A DNA stretch of 61,875 nucleotides, counting the filler, from Globobulimina sp. (lineage: Eukaryota): the NCBI GenBank assembly GCA_003354225.1. It is 25 parts of 25 records of this genome, joined end to end, with 100 filler letters (N's around TTAATTAATTAA, not from the genome) between each part and the next. Parts side by side here need not be neighbours in the genome. Positions count along the whole stretch, not along the records: positions 47,109 to 49,486 come from PIVH01007040.1; positions 49,587 to 51,964 come from PIVH01007041.1; positions 52,065 to 54,442 come from PIVH01007042.1; positions 54,543 to 56,920 come from PIVH01007043.1; positions 57,021 to 59,398 come from PIVH01007044.1; 20 more parts are not named here. One strand, 5' to 3'. Each line of letters begins with the position of its first letter. The stretch's first letter is position 1. This document shows positions 47,845-59,498 of the stretch, one piece after another. The notes under the pieces were generated by a model. The model was given only the letters and a program-made list of their open reading frames with translations, ran no database searches and was not told the DNA's origin. The position numbers and the translations under genes were made by a program.

Positions 47845-49235
47845 TCATTTTCTGTTAAGATTGAGATTTGAATTATTAAATTTGCTTAAATTGAAGTTCT
47901 GCAACAATGAAAACGTATTATTACTCGCATTACATTGTTGTTGCGGTACAGTCGCACTTAGATCCAATGCATAACCATTGGGATTCCTACATTTATTCGC
48001 CATATTCATGCTATTTAGATTCATATTTTGCTTGTTGCCACTCAGCGCATTCAAAGTGTTCAATATATTCACGTGAGATACCGGTATGCGATGATGATGT
48101 CCTTCCTCCTCATTCACCATATTGATGGTCATTGAGTTCATAGAATTGGTGGAATTGGACGTGGTGTTTGACGCAGTCGGCGACGCGTTGTTATTTATCC
48201 GGTTTTGGCTTAAATCCTCAATGCATATCATCTGCGATCTATTGTTACGTCTTTGCAGCATTTGATTCAATTTCAACAATGCCAAACTATGCGAATTTGC
48301 GCGACCGTGACCATGGCCGTTGCCGTGACTGTGACTGTGACTGTTGTGGTTGCGCTTATTTTTATTGTTAAAGGCCAACTTATTAGTTTTGGAGGTCAAT
48401 TGTGGCGTTTTTAAGGTGGGCAACGTCAACGGCATAGGCTTAAAGGCCTGGAGTTTGCGCGCTTTTTGCCTGATTTCTATCGCCGGCGGCAGCTCTACGG
48501 ACGGTTTGTTTTTATATTTGTGCATTTTGGGCGGTATGACAATGGGAGGCGGCGTAGGCGACGGATGCGCTGCATTGGTGATGAAGTTATATTGCGTCAA
48601 ATCGGCGATAATCAGTCGATTCATATCATATTTATCCATTTTAGAGGCGCCACAGACATGGATATTATCTATATTTTGCACGCATTGCTCAGTCCAATCG
48701 CTTTCACCGTCGCTCCATGGCAATGATAAGTGGTCGTCTTTATATTCGATATCATGCAATTTGCACAGATTCGAGTGCATGGTGGGAAGTATAGGCTGAT
48801 TTTGGGGGTCGTTTAGCAGAGTTTTTATGTTTGTGTATATGGCATGTTTTCGATGGATGGGAATGAATTTGGGCTCGATGTGTGTGGCTAAATGGAAGTG
48901 ATACGGCAAGCCACCATATGGATCTTCTTCGCCTTCCTCGATGTCGTCGGTGCTGGCTTCTGGTTTGGGTTTGTGCTTTTTTTTGTGTTTGGTGTGGCTT
49001 AATTTGCGCCGTTTGTATGGCCGTTTGTTGTGGTTACGATGGTCATCGCGTTTGTGCTTTTTTAGGTTTTCTTTGATTCGCTTACCATCCAAAAATATCA
49101 CTGTTTTTTTTGTGTGGAATGGTGTGTTTTGAGGGAGAGAATGATGCGAACTAAACATGGTTTGAGTATGTCGTCATCGTAGACTTTACCAATGGCAGTG
49201 GTTGAATATGAGGCTTCGTCTGCGGATTGCCACAT
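47845..49235 (-). CDS. Hypothetical nuclear-type low-complexity protein
   Basis: ATG at 49235 and in-frame intron 49101-49156. Basic NLS-like stretch and Asn/His-rich tail. Confidence 0.7.
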
Positions 49236-49586
49236 GTTGTGAGATAGAAAACTTTTAATTTTAATGTGTTTGCGTTTTTTTTTTGTGTGTATGTGTATGG
49301 TATGGAATGGTACCTGCGATTTTTGGTAGGTTTGGATGAGACAAATGTTGGGTGATTGTTGTTGATGTGGCTGTGTGTGTGAGGTGTGAGGGGTGGTGAG
49401 TTTGCGCGAGACTGTGCGTAGAGATACATACGAATCGAGTTGATCGGAAGGGATATTCGCACTGCAAAAAGTACAGAGTGTCATTGNNNNNNNNNNNNNN
49501 NNNNNNNNNNNNNNNNNNNNNNNNNNNNNNTTAATTAATTAANNNNNNNNNNNNNNNNNNNNNNNNNNNNNNNNNNNNNNNNNNNN

Positions 49587-50034
49587 TAATTATAACATTT
49601 ATACACCGCCACTATTAACTGATGGACGTTTGAATGAGTTGCAACCATTTATATGTTTTGCGACGTTTATTGATTTTTATGTGGATAAGCAAGTGATTGA
49701 GAAACAGTATGAGCGGAATAAAGGAATGGGTACAATTATTAAAATGTTTGTGAATGATAATAACGATGATAGGAACAGACGGATATTTAGTGGCTGTTGT
49801 GACATATCGTGGATTGCGAAGAGTAAAGAAACAAAAGTTGTTTTCCGACCGTTTGCTACATTTTATGGGTATAAAATAATTGAATATAAAGAGAAACGCA
49901 TTAAGATGTTATTGGTTCATGGAAGACAAATTAATGAAGAAAATGATATGTGGCTGGATGATGATTTTAAGTGTAATAATACGGCAAATGGTAATGTTTT
50001 GGGGCACAGAAGAACCGATAGTACAGCTTTATGA
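49587..50034 (+). CDS. C-terminal degenerate ADP-ribosyltransferase-like domain
   Basis: FATFIDFYVDKQV...GTIIKM...CCDISWIAKSKETKVVF follows the ART strand order with the catalytic residues replaced. Confidence 0.45.
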
Positions 50035-50266
50035 ACGTAATTATTTGCTTTATTAAATTTATTATCTAGTGTGCGGGCATATTTTTTTTGACACATTTGC
50101 TTGCCACTTTCAATTTATTTAATATTGGAATCTTTGTCACGAAACACGATGTATGCTGAACTACGCATATTGATGAAAATAATCGGAGAAACATGTTAGT
50201 TAACTACTGCAGTCATCGCATACATTTACAAATTTAATACTTAAAAATAAAATAAAAAAAGGTTAT

Positions 50267-51422
50267 TTAAGATAGGATTGGATATGATGGTCCCATTAAT
50301 ATACCACATTGTCCTTTATTTCCATTTTTGCCACAATTTCTGCAAATTAATACATATCCATTCATTCCCCATGAAGGACCCCTATAAATATTTTAAATAC
50401 ACATATTGCGATTTTGCGTTTAAAACATGTATAAAACACATTAAAAAAAAGAAAAAAACAGTAAAAACATACCATGAATTTTTAACTTTCCAATAATCAG
50501 TACCACCACTTGTGCCATACCCAACCGTCAACACTTCATGATCTAAACTCGTACCACAAGTACCGGTCAATACACCTGAGCTATAATGCTGAAATGCAGT
50601 CTGATCCGCCTCCACACGAATAGCCACTGGTCCATCAGCCACCGCATTCACTAAACTCGGCTCTGAATCCGGCGTAACATCGGTATACGATCTAATCGCA
50701 TCATATTTAGTGCCACAAGTACTCGATGAACAGGTATTGCTATTCTTGGCAGTGTACGGATACGCCTGTTCCGAACATAAACCACCCGCTGCTTCAATAT
50801 ATTTAAACGCATTGTCTTTGTTACCGCCGTTACAGCCATGGTTGCCATACGAGGTGGAACAATCACATAACTGCTGCTCGGATAACGATGTAATATTAGC
50901 ACCAGTCATACCGTGCGCGATGGCATAGCGTGATTCGAGCACTCCGGTGGTGGCAAAGGACCAACAGGAACCGCACGAGCCTTGATTCTTGACTGCAGTC
51001 ACATAGTTGCCATTGTTATTGGTCCAATCAATGGAATCTGGAGCGGCTGGATCACGCACAGGGACTGCCTCGGAAATTTGTACTGGAGGAAGCGGATATT
51101 TCTCTAATCCACACGCACCGCCTTGGCTCACATACTCAGCAAATTCGGGATTGGTTAAATCAGTGAATTGATTGACTCGCATGGTATATGGTTCGGTGTT
51201 TTTGATATTGAAAGTATTGATAAACTCCCAATTGTCTAAGAAAATTAAAAATCGATGCGACTCTTCTTGTACGTTGACATATCCTTTTCGAAATTCTAAT
51301 CGCCAATCTTCAAATGCTGCGGCATGATCTAAATCAGACCAATTGGGATTTATTTCTTTACGCCATGCGTTTTTATCGTCTGATGCAAATGCAACAGCTA
51401 ATAATAATGCGAATATTTTCAT
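50267..51422 (-). CDS. Cathepsin L-like papain (C1A) cysteine protease with I29 propeptide
   Basis: Signal peptide, ERFNIN-like region, NQFTDLT, QGSCGSCWSF, LDH..LTVGYG and YWKVKNSWG. Intron 50382-50472; last exon ends CGILMGPSYPILS*. Confidence 0.97.
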
Positions 51423-51798
51423 TTTCGGTGGGGATTCTATCACAACGTTGCTGGTATCGAGATGGGAAAACTGTCCAAGTTAAAAACATCTTCATTTTAA
51501 TACTGAAAGAAGCACCTCAGGTCGTCTACAAAAAGTGATTCGTGTATGTTTGAAACATTTATCAAACAATTTAAAAATATTAATTCATTACATAATTACC
51601 TCTTGCATAAAATTAATATACTCACAAACATCCATAAAAAATATGAGAAATTCCATAATACGGCACAAAAAACATGATAAATTCCATAAAAAACATGAGA
51701 AAATTAGTATAATTCATGTATTCACGTTAACAATGCTTTGTATTTTAGCCAAGATTAGTGCTGATTGTGACATCTAAAAAACTTCAGCCTTGAGAGTC

Positions 51799-51964
51799 AT
51801 GGCACTGAGTAATGCACTGAGTAGCTTTACAGATGAATTGCAAAAGCAAGAAAAACAATATGTCGCTAAATTGGAAGAGCAACAAAATATGATAACCCAA
51901 TTAAAGCAAGAAATTGATGGATTACAAACCGAATTAAAAGTAAGTAAATCAGGACAAATACATG
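51799..51964 (+). CDS. Start of a coiled-coil protein
   Basis: MALSNALSSFTDELQKQEKQY..., open to the contig end. Confidence 0.5.
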
Positions 51965-52064
51965 NNNNNNNNNNNNNNNNNNNNNNNNNNNNNNNNNNNN
52001 NNNNNNNNTTAATTAATTAANNNNNNNNNNNNNNNNNNNNNNNNNNNNNNNNNNNNNNNNNNNN

Positions 52065-53961
52065 AACATTTGCATAGATCCTCGTAATTATCATTCGGAT
52101 TCTCCTCAATCACTATTTTATCACAATGCATTTCGTATAAACTAAATAATTGTTTATAAATTTGAAGTGCCTTTCTTAATGATTTTGAATTTAAACTATT
52201 CACTTTACACCAACTGGTTTTACATTTATTTGAAATATAACAATTAAATACATTTAGAAGAGTCAGGTGATCGCCTAATTCATTTTCGAACTGTAAAATA
52301 TGATTATCATTTCTCTCATTATTGTCATCATTATAAAATATGCCCTCTACACTCAGCATTGATACAATAATTAATATTTGATTGGTAATATTATTATATT
52401 TATGCGCAGATAATATAATTTTTGAATAAATTGGATCCAATGGAAATATGGACATTTTTGCGCCAAAATCTGTCAATTTTTGTGTATTTATATCTAATGC
52501 GCCCAATATCATTAACTTAGCAATGCCGTGAACAATGCGCGAATCACAGGGTTTATCCAAAAAATCAAATGCTAAAATATCATTAATCCCAATTGATTTC
52601 AATTGCAAAATGGCAGATAATAAGTTACAGCGTAAGATATCTGGTTTAATAAACTCATTCATATTATGCTCGAAATGCGATTCTGTATATAATCGTAAAC
52701 AATATCCAGTCGAGGTTCTGCCCACTCTGCCTCTCCTTTGCCAGGCTTCTTGTTTTGATATGTCCTCAATCTCAAATATATCAATACCAGATACAAAGGA
52801 AAACATTCGTCGTTTTACTTTGCCCGAATCAATTACGTATACAATGGATGCGATCGTGATGGATGTCTCTGCAATATTTGTGGCTAAAATTATTCTTCGT
52901 ACATTGTGTGCAGAATTACTTTTTTTAAACACTTTATTCTGTTCATGCGGCGGCAATGCGCCATATAACTTTAATATTTCCATTTTCCTGTTGACATTTT
53001 TTGCTTTCAACATGGAGGCCATTGAATCAATCTCATCTTTGCCAGTCAAAAAGGCTAAAATATCACCGGTTGGACTGAATAAATGTGTTTGTAATATTGC
53101 AGTTAATGTGGCATCCAAATAATTGCTTTCTGGTTTTGCTAAATATAAGGTTTGAATATCAAATATTCGCCCTCCAATATTAAATATTTTTGCATTATTA
53201 AAATAACGCGAAAACTTATCACTTTGTAATGTTGCTGACATTATAATCACTTTTAATTTGTTTCTGGTGGTACTCCGTTTAAATTGTATTGATTTAACTA
53301 AACCAAATAAAATATCTGTGTTTATTGTGCTTTATTATAAATAATATTTTGATTAGGAGGCAAATAACAAAAACAAGCATAATAACGTGTAACATGTAAC
53401 ATACCGCAGATGGGCCTCATCCAAAACAATGACAGAATATTTTTTTAACGATTTGTCAACAATACATTCTCTTAATAACATGCCATCCGTTAAATAAGTG
53501 ATTTGTGTGTTATTTGAGACTGTTGAATCAAAACGAACGTGATAACCAATGACATCACCAACATTTGAACCAAACTCACTCGATACACGTTTTGCAATCG
53601 ACATGGCGGCAACACGCCGAGGTTGCGTAATTGCAATGCGTTTATAACGATTGTTACAATAACCCCATTTATGTAGAAATTGCGGTATTTGTGTCGTTTT
53701 ACCACAACCCGTTGAGCCTACAATTATAATATTATCATTATTATCAATCATTGATTTTAAGCCATTCTCGAATTCAAAAATTGGCAAACGTTTACGTGAT
53801 GGAAACAATCTTTTTGAGTTTCCCGCTAATTCTTGTTGTGAATAATGTGTAAATCCAAAACCTTTAATCGCTTTATCATTCCCCGCATAGTTACCATCAT
53901 CGTCATCCTCATCATCTGATGATGCCGGGAAGTTTATTACTTTGGCAGATGCTTTTGCCAT
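52065..53961 (-). CDS. DEAH-box RNA helicase, probably DHX33-like, 3'-truncated
   Basis: GSTGCGKTTQ, TQPRRVAA, TDGMLLRE, DEAH, MSAT, ATNIAETSITI and QRRGRVGR. Intron 53330-53404. Confidence 0.95.
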
Positions 53962-54011
53962 TGCCCTCTAGTGATAGAGTTGAACTAAGGTCTACAAAGA
54001 AAGTGAAAAAC

Positions 54012-54442
54012 ATGGCGTCGTCAGATATCTCTTTTATCCGCTGGTTGGAACAAAATAATATGGGGGATTATATCACAAGTTTACGAGACCTAGGGATAAT
54101 ATCCATATCTCATTTGTTATCATTGACTCATTCGCAATTGATTGAAGTTGGCCGACAATTGGGATGTTCCTCGATGAGGCAAGTTTTATTTGCAGAAAGC
54201 ATAATAAATAATGATTTGTACATTCATAAAGCCACCATATTAAATGACAGTAATTTATTTGATGGTGTTAACAGCAGTTCGTTTTTACGTTCAGATGTAG
54301 CAGATGTTAAAACAGCAGGTAATTTAGTTTTTAATACACAAGTGCAATTACGCTCTGAAGTGACAGGCCGAGTAGATAAAATATTTGTTCAAGAAGGCCA
54401 AGGAGTTAAACAAGGCGATATGTTAATGCGCCTTGATACAAC
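54012..54442 (+). CDS. SAM-domain protein start fused in frame to bacterial/phage-like sequence (suspected chimera)
   Basis: WLEQNNMGDYITSLRDLGI...L..L (SAM), then LFDGVNSSSFLRSD, then LRSEVTGRVDKIFVQEGQGVKQGDMLMRLD (lipoyl-like arm of an RND/ABC efflux adaptor). Confidence 0.65.
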
Positions 54443-54842
54443 NNNNNNNNNNNNNNNNNNNNNNNNNNNNNNNNNNNNNNNNNNNNTTAATTAATTAANN
54501 NNNNNNNNNNNNNNNNNNNNNNNNNNNNNNNNNNNNNNNNNNAAAGAATGGAAAATCATGCTCGGAAACAGAAATCCAAATATTTTGATTGGCATTTTGA
54601 ATGTAAAAAAAGCAAAGGATTTGAAATTAAAGAAAAAAAGGCTCATATGTTATAGCTATGGGGATAATATCGTAAGCAACGGAGATTTTGAGAGAGAGTT
54701 GACATGATGGTTGCAAGCGTAAACATTTTATTTATCAAATGCCAGTGTTTTTGTCAATGCCACGCCATCATTTTCTTCATCTTCATTCAAATCCAAAAAT
54801 TGTTTAAAACTTTTTCGACACCGAGGAAAATATTTTTCGACA

Positions 54843-54933
54843 CCGAGCGGAGCGAGGTGTCCCGAGCGGAGCGAGGTGTCCCGAGCGGAGCGAGGTGTCC
54901 CGAGCGGAGCGAGGGGTTCCAAGCAGAGCGAGG
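54843..54933. repeat. GC-rich 19-bp tandem repeat, 3 perfect plus 2 degenerate copies
   Basis: ccgagcggagcgaggtgtc units with no spacers. Confidence 0.9.
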
Positions 54934-55576
54934 TTATAACAGATATATTGATATCGATTTTGTTGCTTTCAAACGTTCTAAAACAAATATAAAATTCAAA
55001 CACACAAAATTCGCAAAACATGATAGTTTTAACAACGTTATTCGCACAAAACATTCGTATGAACTAAAAATTAAAATAAAAGTCCTAAAAATAGGTTTTT
55101 CTATTTCCAGATTTAATTTGCGATGAATTTCATATAATTTGAATTTATCATTTATTATAATGTGCCGAAGGCACAAAACATAATAACGTTATTTTAATAA
55201 TATTATTTACCCAAATATCCTGTTCCTCAGTACTGTCAATGCATTATCGGCGATGTTGATTTTTTTTTTGGTTGAAGATCCTCAATTTCATATAAATAAT
55301 ATTAAATTCGGAATTAATTCCATTACTTTTGAGCAAATACTGCAAATTATGGAATCTTGATTATCTTTTCCACATTTTTTGATTAAAAATACAAATACCA
55401 CTGCAATTATTGAGATTCTGAATAGCGTATAATAAGCAATAACTATCATGCCTAAAATGATGTGCTTCACAAATAACAGACAAAAACTTCAAAGTAACAC
55501 TTTTTAATTCATGGAAATGCTGCTATTAAAAAATGGTTTTCATTTCATTATAAAATGGTTCAAATATTACGGATAG

Positions 55577-55742
55577 GTGTTTTGGTTCAAACATCAACCG
55601 TCGTTGACCAAAATACACGTTGCTCGGCATACTGACAGTAACTAGAGTCGAAATTGGGGTCATGCCTATTCGTCTCTTTATAACTCAGTGCCTGACCGGT
55701 TCCTAATTCGGCTGAGGCTGTCTCGACAACGTAATTTTATGG
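55577..55742. ncRNA. Candidate structured non-coding RNA, family unknown
   Basis: Several complementary segments in a GC-elevated non-coding island, followed by AATTTTATGG. Confidence 0.25.
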
Positions 55743-56337
55743 ATTGATTTGGATATTATTTATTTATTTATTTATTATTCTTTATTAAAAATTGGTATAT
55801 GGATTTCTAGGTTTATCTTTTTCTCTTCCTCAAATCTTATATATTTAAATAAAACAAAAACAAAAATAGCGCAAGTTGCTGACCTGCCTGCTGCTGCTAG
55901 TGCTCGCTACAACAAGTAATTATTATAAATTAAGTTACAATTGCAATTTCTTACTCATCAAATCATAATTCCCTTTTGTTTGTACATGTCATGTAAATAA
56001 GCCACAAAAAAGTCAAGATGTTCAAAAACTGTAGTAAGCTGCATCTTGGATCATGTCACATGCGACCTGGAAAAGCAAGATACGTTTTGATTATGTTTTG
56101 TTTTGTTTTGTTTTGTGTTTTGTGTTTTGTGAATGTAAAAATATAATTATTAGAATGATGGCATGCGGTGGATTTAATTGGACGGAATTGTGGCGTTATT
56201 ATTGAAAGCGTAAAACGGCGGCGCCAAAATTATTTCATTCGCAAATTCGCAACACACAAACACCTCTAAACACATACACAAAGTTCCATGATTTCCTATC
56301 CGTCCCCGCCTCGGTCCGCAGTTCGCGTTGAATATAG

Positions 56338-56920
56338 ATGACGCGGTGGACGATGATGACGTGCATGGCGGGATTAAATGCAACAATAATGCCATTTCTG
56401 ATTTTATTATCGGCGGAGATGAGCAGTCGGTGCAGATCTTGACGGATATTGTCAATTATCCGCAGACGTTCAAGTACGGCATGAGCGAATATTGCTATTT
56501 GCGGCCGCAGAGTGTGGAGGAGATAAAGGAGATCATTGTGCGGAACAATGGCAGCAAAACAATCCGCGTGATGGGCGCAGCCAAGAGCAGCAATTATGCG
56601 TTGGTGGATTGCGAGGGCCTTTTGATGGATTTCTCAAAGTATCCCTATGCGCCGTACATAGATGATGCGCGAGAGACTGTGGTGGTGAACACCAGCATGA
56701 AAGTGGCAGATTTGAACCGCTTTTTGTATGAAAAGAAGTATGCTTTGCATGGCTTGACCGGCTCCGACGACATCACTGTCGGCGGTGCGTTGGGTTCGTG
56801 CGCCTTTGGCCCGCTGTTTGGAGGACAGCTGTTTGGCGATTATGTGGTGAGTGCGTCGGTGGTGGACGGCATGGGAACGGAGAGGGAGTTTACGCGCAAT
56901 GCCTCTATTTCGGGCGTGCC
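56338..56920 (+). CDS. FAD-binding (PCMH / FAD_binding_4) oxidoreductase, gulonolactone oxidase-like, partial
   Basis: PQSVEEIKEII...IRVMG, ITVGGAL and DYVVSASVVDGMG. Upstream exons unresolved. Confidence 0.85.
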
Positions 56921-57020
56921 NNNNNNNNNNNNNNNNNNNNNNNNNNNNNNNNNNNNNNNNNNNNTTAATTAATTAANNNNNNNNNNNNNNNNNNNNNNNN
57001 NNNNNNNNNNNNNNNNNNNN

Positions 57021-59398
57021 AGTGCCTGTCCATTTTGATGGTCATAACATAAACATAATAACTGAGGTACTTTGTATCCTTTACTCCAAAACAAACAAAA
57101 AAAACACAAAACATACAAAAAAAAAAGGATTCCCCGTCAACGTGTAAAAACCGAACAAAAGGCATGAATTACGGCAAAAAAAACAATGTACGTTATGCAT
57201 TTTTCATTAATTATTTGCATTCCATAAAACAAACAACAAACCACCAAACAGAATAAGAATAGAAAAAGAAATAATAATCAAAATGGAAAATATGGTAAAA
57301 CTCAATTATTAAACAAACGACAACCAAACGCAAACTCCAAAGTGAAAAGTGCCACATCGGTGACCTCCAATGCCACAACGGATGGAATGGGCGCAGCCTC
57401 CGCCACCAATCAACAATGCCAAAGCCTGCAACCTTCAAACAAAGAAAACATGAATGCCTCCATTCCCGGCACCAAAACAAAGACATCGCTGCCACCACAA
57501 CCACCTCATCCGCCGCCCGTACGATGTAACAGCAGCAACACAGTGTTGCCCTCGTCTTCCCCCTTACCGCTGGCACCCAAAGCCATTGAAAACCGGCCAC
57601 TCCCTCTGCCCATCCCCAATAATATGAATTACCCCATTGTTATGAATATGAAGCACGAGAATGGAAAGAGCCTAATTCCGCCCTTACCGCCTCCGCCTTT
57701 GCCCAATATGCTCAACAATCGGAATAACAGCAACATGAACGTGGGGGGCGTCCGCATGCATAATCTGAGTGTGAGCCACGCGCAGAGCCAGTCGCATGGC
57801 CCTGGACACCACGCGATGCATAAACGGAACCGATTGCCTTTATCCGCAGCGGAGCAAAACAACCAATTAATTGCCGGCGGTCTGGACCCCAACGAGTTTG
57901 GCAGCCACGATGACATTGGCTTTGATGACGACGACTCGCAGAATAACGGCGGCGGCAACAATGGCAAAGACCGGCAGAATTTGTACAAAACCGAGCTATG
58001 CAGAGAGTGGTCGACCAGCGGCTGGTGCTATTACAACAAACGCTGTTCCTTCGCCCATGGCTTGCAAGAGTTGCGCCCGGTGTTTCGCTCCAAAAAATGG
58101 CGCACCAAACGCTGCAGAAATTGGCATACCACCGGGTACTGTCCCTATGAGCATAGGTAAGTACTCTGTGCCTTTGTTTTATGTGCGAATTTGCGGAAAT
58201 TGAGTGGCTTTTTGCGAATTTACGAAAGGTGTCAATTCCTCCACGACCAAAGCCCACCGCGTCGGATATCGGATTATGCCACGGCCAATGCGCGCGCTTT
58301 GGTGGCTGCGCAGCAACGAATGCAACCGCTGTATTTCCATTATCAGGTCGATTGTAACCGGGACGAGTCGAGCGGCGAAGACGACGATTTCGATAAAAAG
58401 AACGGCAAATCCAACAAGCCGGACAGCGGCAAACCAGTGCTGCAGTCGCCACACACCGCGCATACGCCGAGCATTGGACCGCGGTTAAAACGGAAAGCCA
58501 ATCGAAACAACAAAGTGCCGCTCCTCCAGAACAACAACCATATGCATAACAACAACATGCACGGCAATCTCAACGCAAATAACCAGAATGTGCATCAGCC
58601 GCAGTTTCCCGCCGCTTTGCGCATGGTCCGGCAACGCAAAAATGATAAAAATGTGCTGCATGCCAAGAAGATGAACCATTCGGGCAATTTGAAAAAAAAT
58701 AAGCCCAAAACGCCGCGATCCGGGCTGAATAATCCCAATATGAACCACAACAACAAACCCTTCCAAATCCGCAAGAAGAAGGCCAAAGATGCGGTGATTA
58801 CGCCGTTTAACCCCGGCTCCGTGACCTATGGCGGCGGCGGCGGCGTTCTGAGTAAGCAGTCGTATGAGATCGCGGCGCAGCAATTGGGCCTCTACAATCC
58901 CAGCCAGCCGCTGACTTTGCCCAATATCGGTTTGGGCGTCGGCGCCTTACCCAATATGATGCCCACCATCCCTTCGCTGGGCGCCTTGCCCCCGCTGCCA
59001 ATGACCAATATCAATCACATCAACACCACCTTCCAAGCCTTGCCCCCATCCATCGATCCCTCTCTGTATTTGTCTTTAACTCCGTCCCCGCCGCAATCAC
59101 CGCGCGGCGTCAACATCCATGGCAATGCAGTGGTGAACAAGAAGCACAAAATGGACGTCAACGCCAACACCAACGGCAACAATTTGACCGTGGATGTGCC
59201 CGTATCGTTGACTCCGAGTCCTCCGTCGTTGGCTGCAGCGCCGACCACCAACAACAGCAACGGCATGGTGCCGCAGTTGGATTTGGCGCAAATGTCGCAA
59301 ATGTCGCAGCAACAGGTACTGCATCCCCTGTTTAATTTGTCTGTTCTGAGTCCTCTCGCAACTCACAAAAAAGGTGCAACTGCAGTTGGCGAAGCAGC
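57021..59398 (+). CDS. Tandem CCCH zinc-finger protein, tristetraprolin/ZFP36-like (partial at both ends)
   Basis: LYKTELC-x8-C-x5-C-x3-H and WRTKRC-x8-C-x5-C-x3-H. Introns 57067-57127, 57188-57251, 57295-57342 and 58157-58228 all splice in frame. Confidence 0.93.
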
Positions 59399-59498
59399 NN
59401 NNNNNNNNNNNNNNNNNNNNNNNNNNNNNNNNNNNNNNNNNNTTAATTAATTAANNNNNNNNNNNNNNNNNNNNNNNNNNNNNNNNNNNNNNNNNNNN

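Noticed and set aside
53395-53425. DEAHLR instead of DEAHER, and QRRGRVGR, in the helicase
   Set aside because: Core catalytic residues are intact; this looks like ordinary divergence.
54843-54933. Possible CRISPR array
   Set aside because: Units are adjacent with no unique spacers, there are no cas genes, and the context is eukaryotic.
55630-55655. ctgacag...gtcgaaa as a hammerhead ribozyme core
   Set aside because: Does not match CUGANGA and I could not build stems I and III.
57211-59366. Many overlapping antisense ORFs over the CCCH gene, and similarly at 47907-49484
   Set aside because: Expected shadow ORFs in GC-richer or skewed sequence, with no protein-like motifs.
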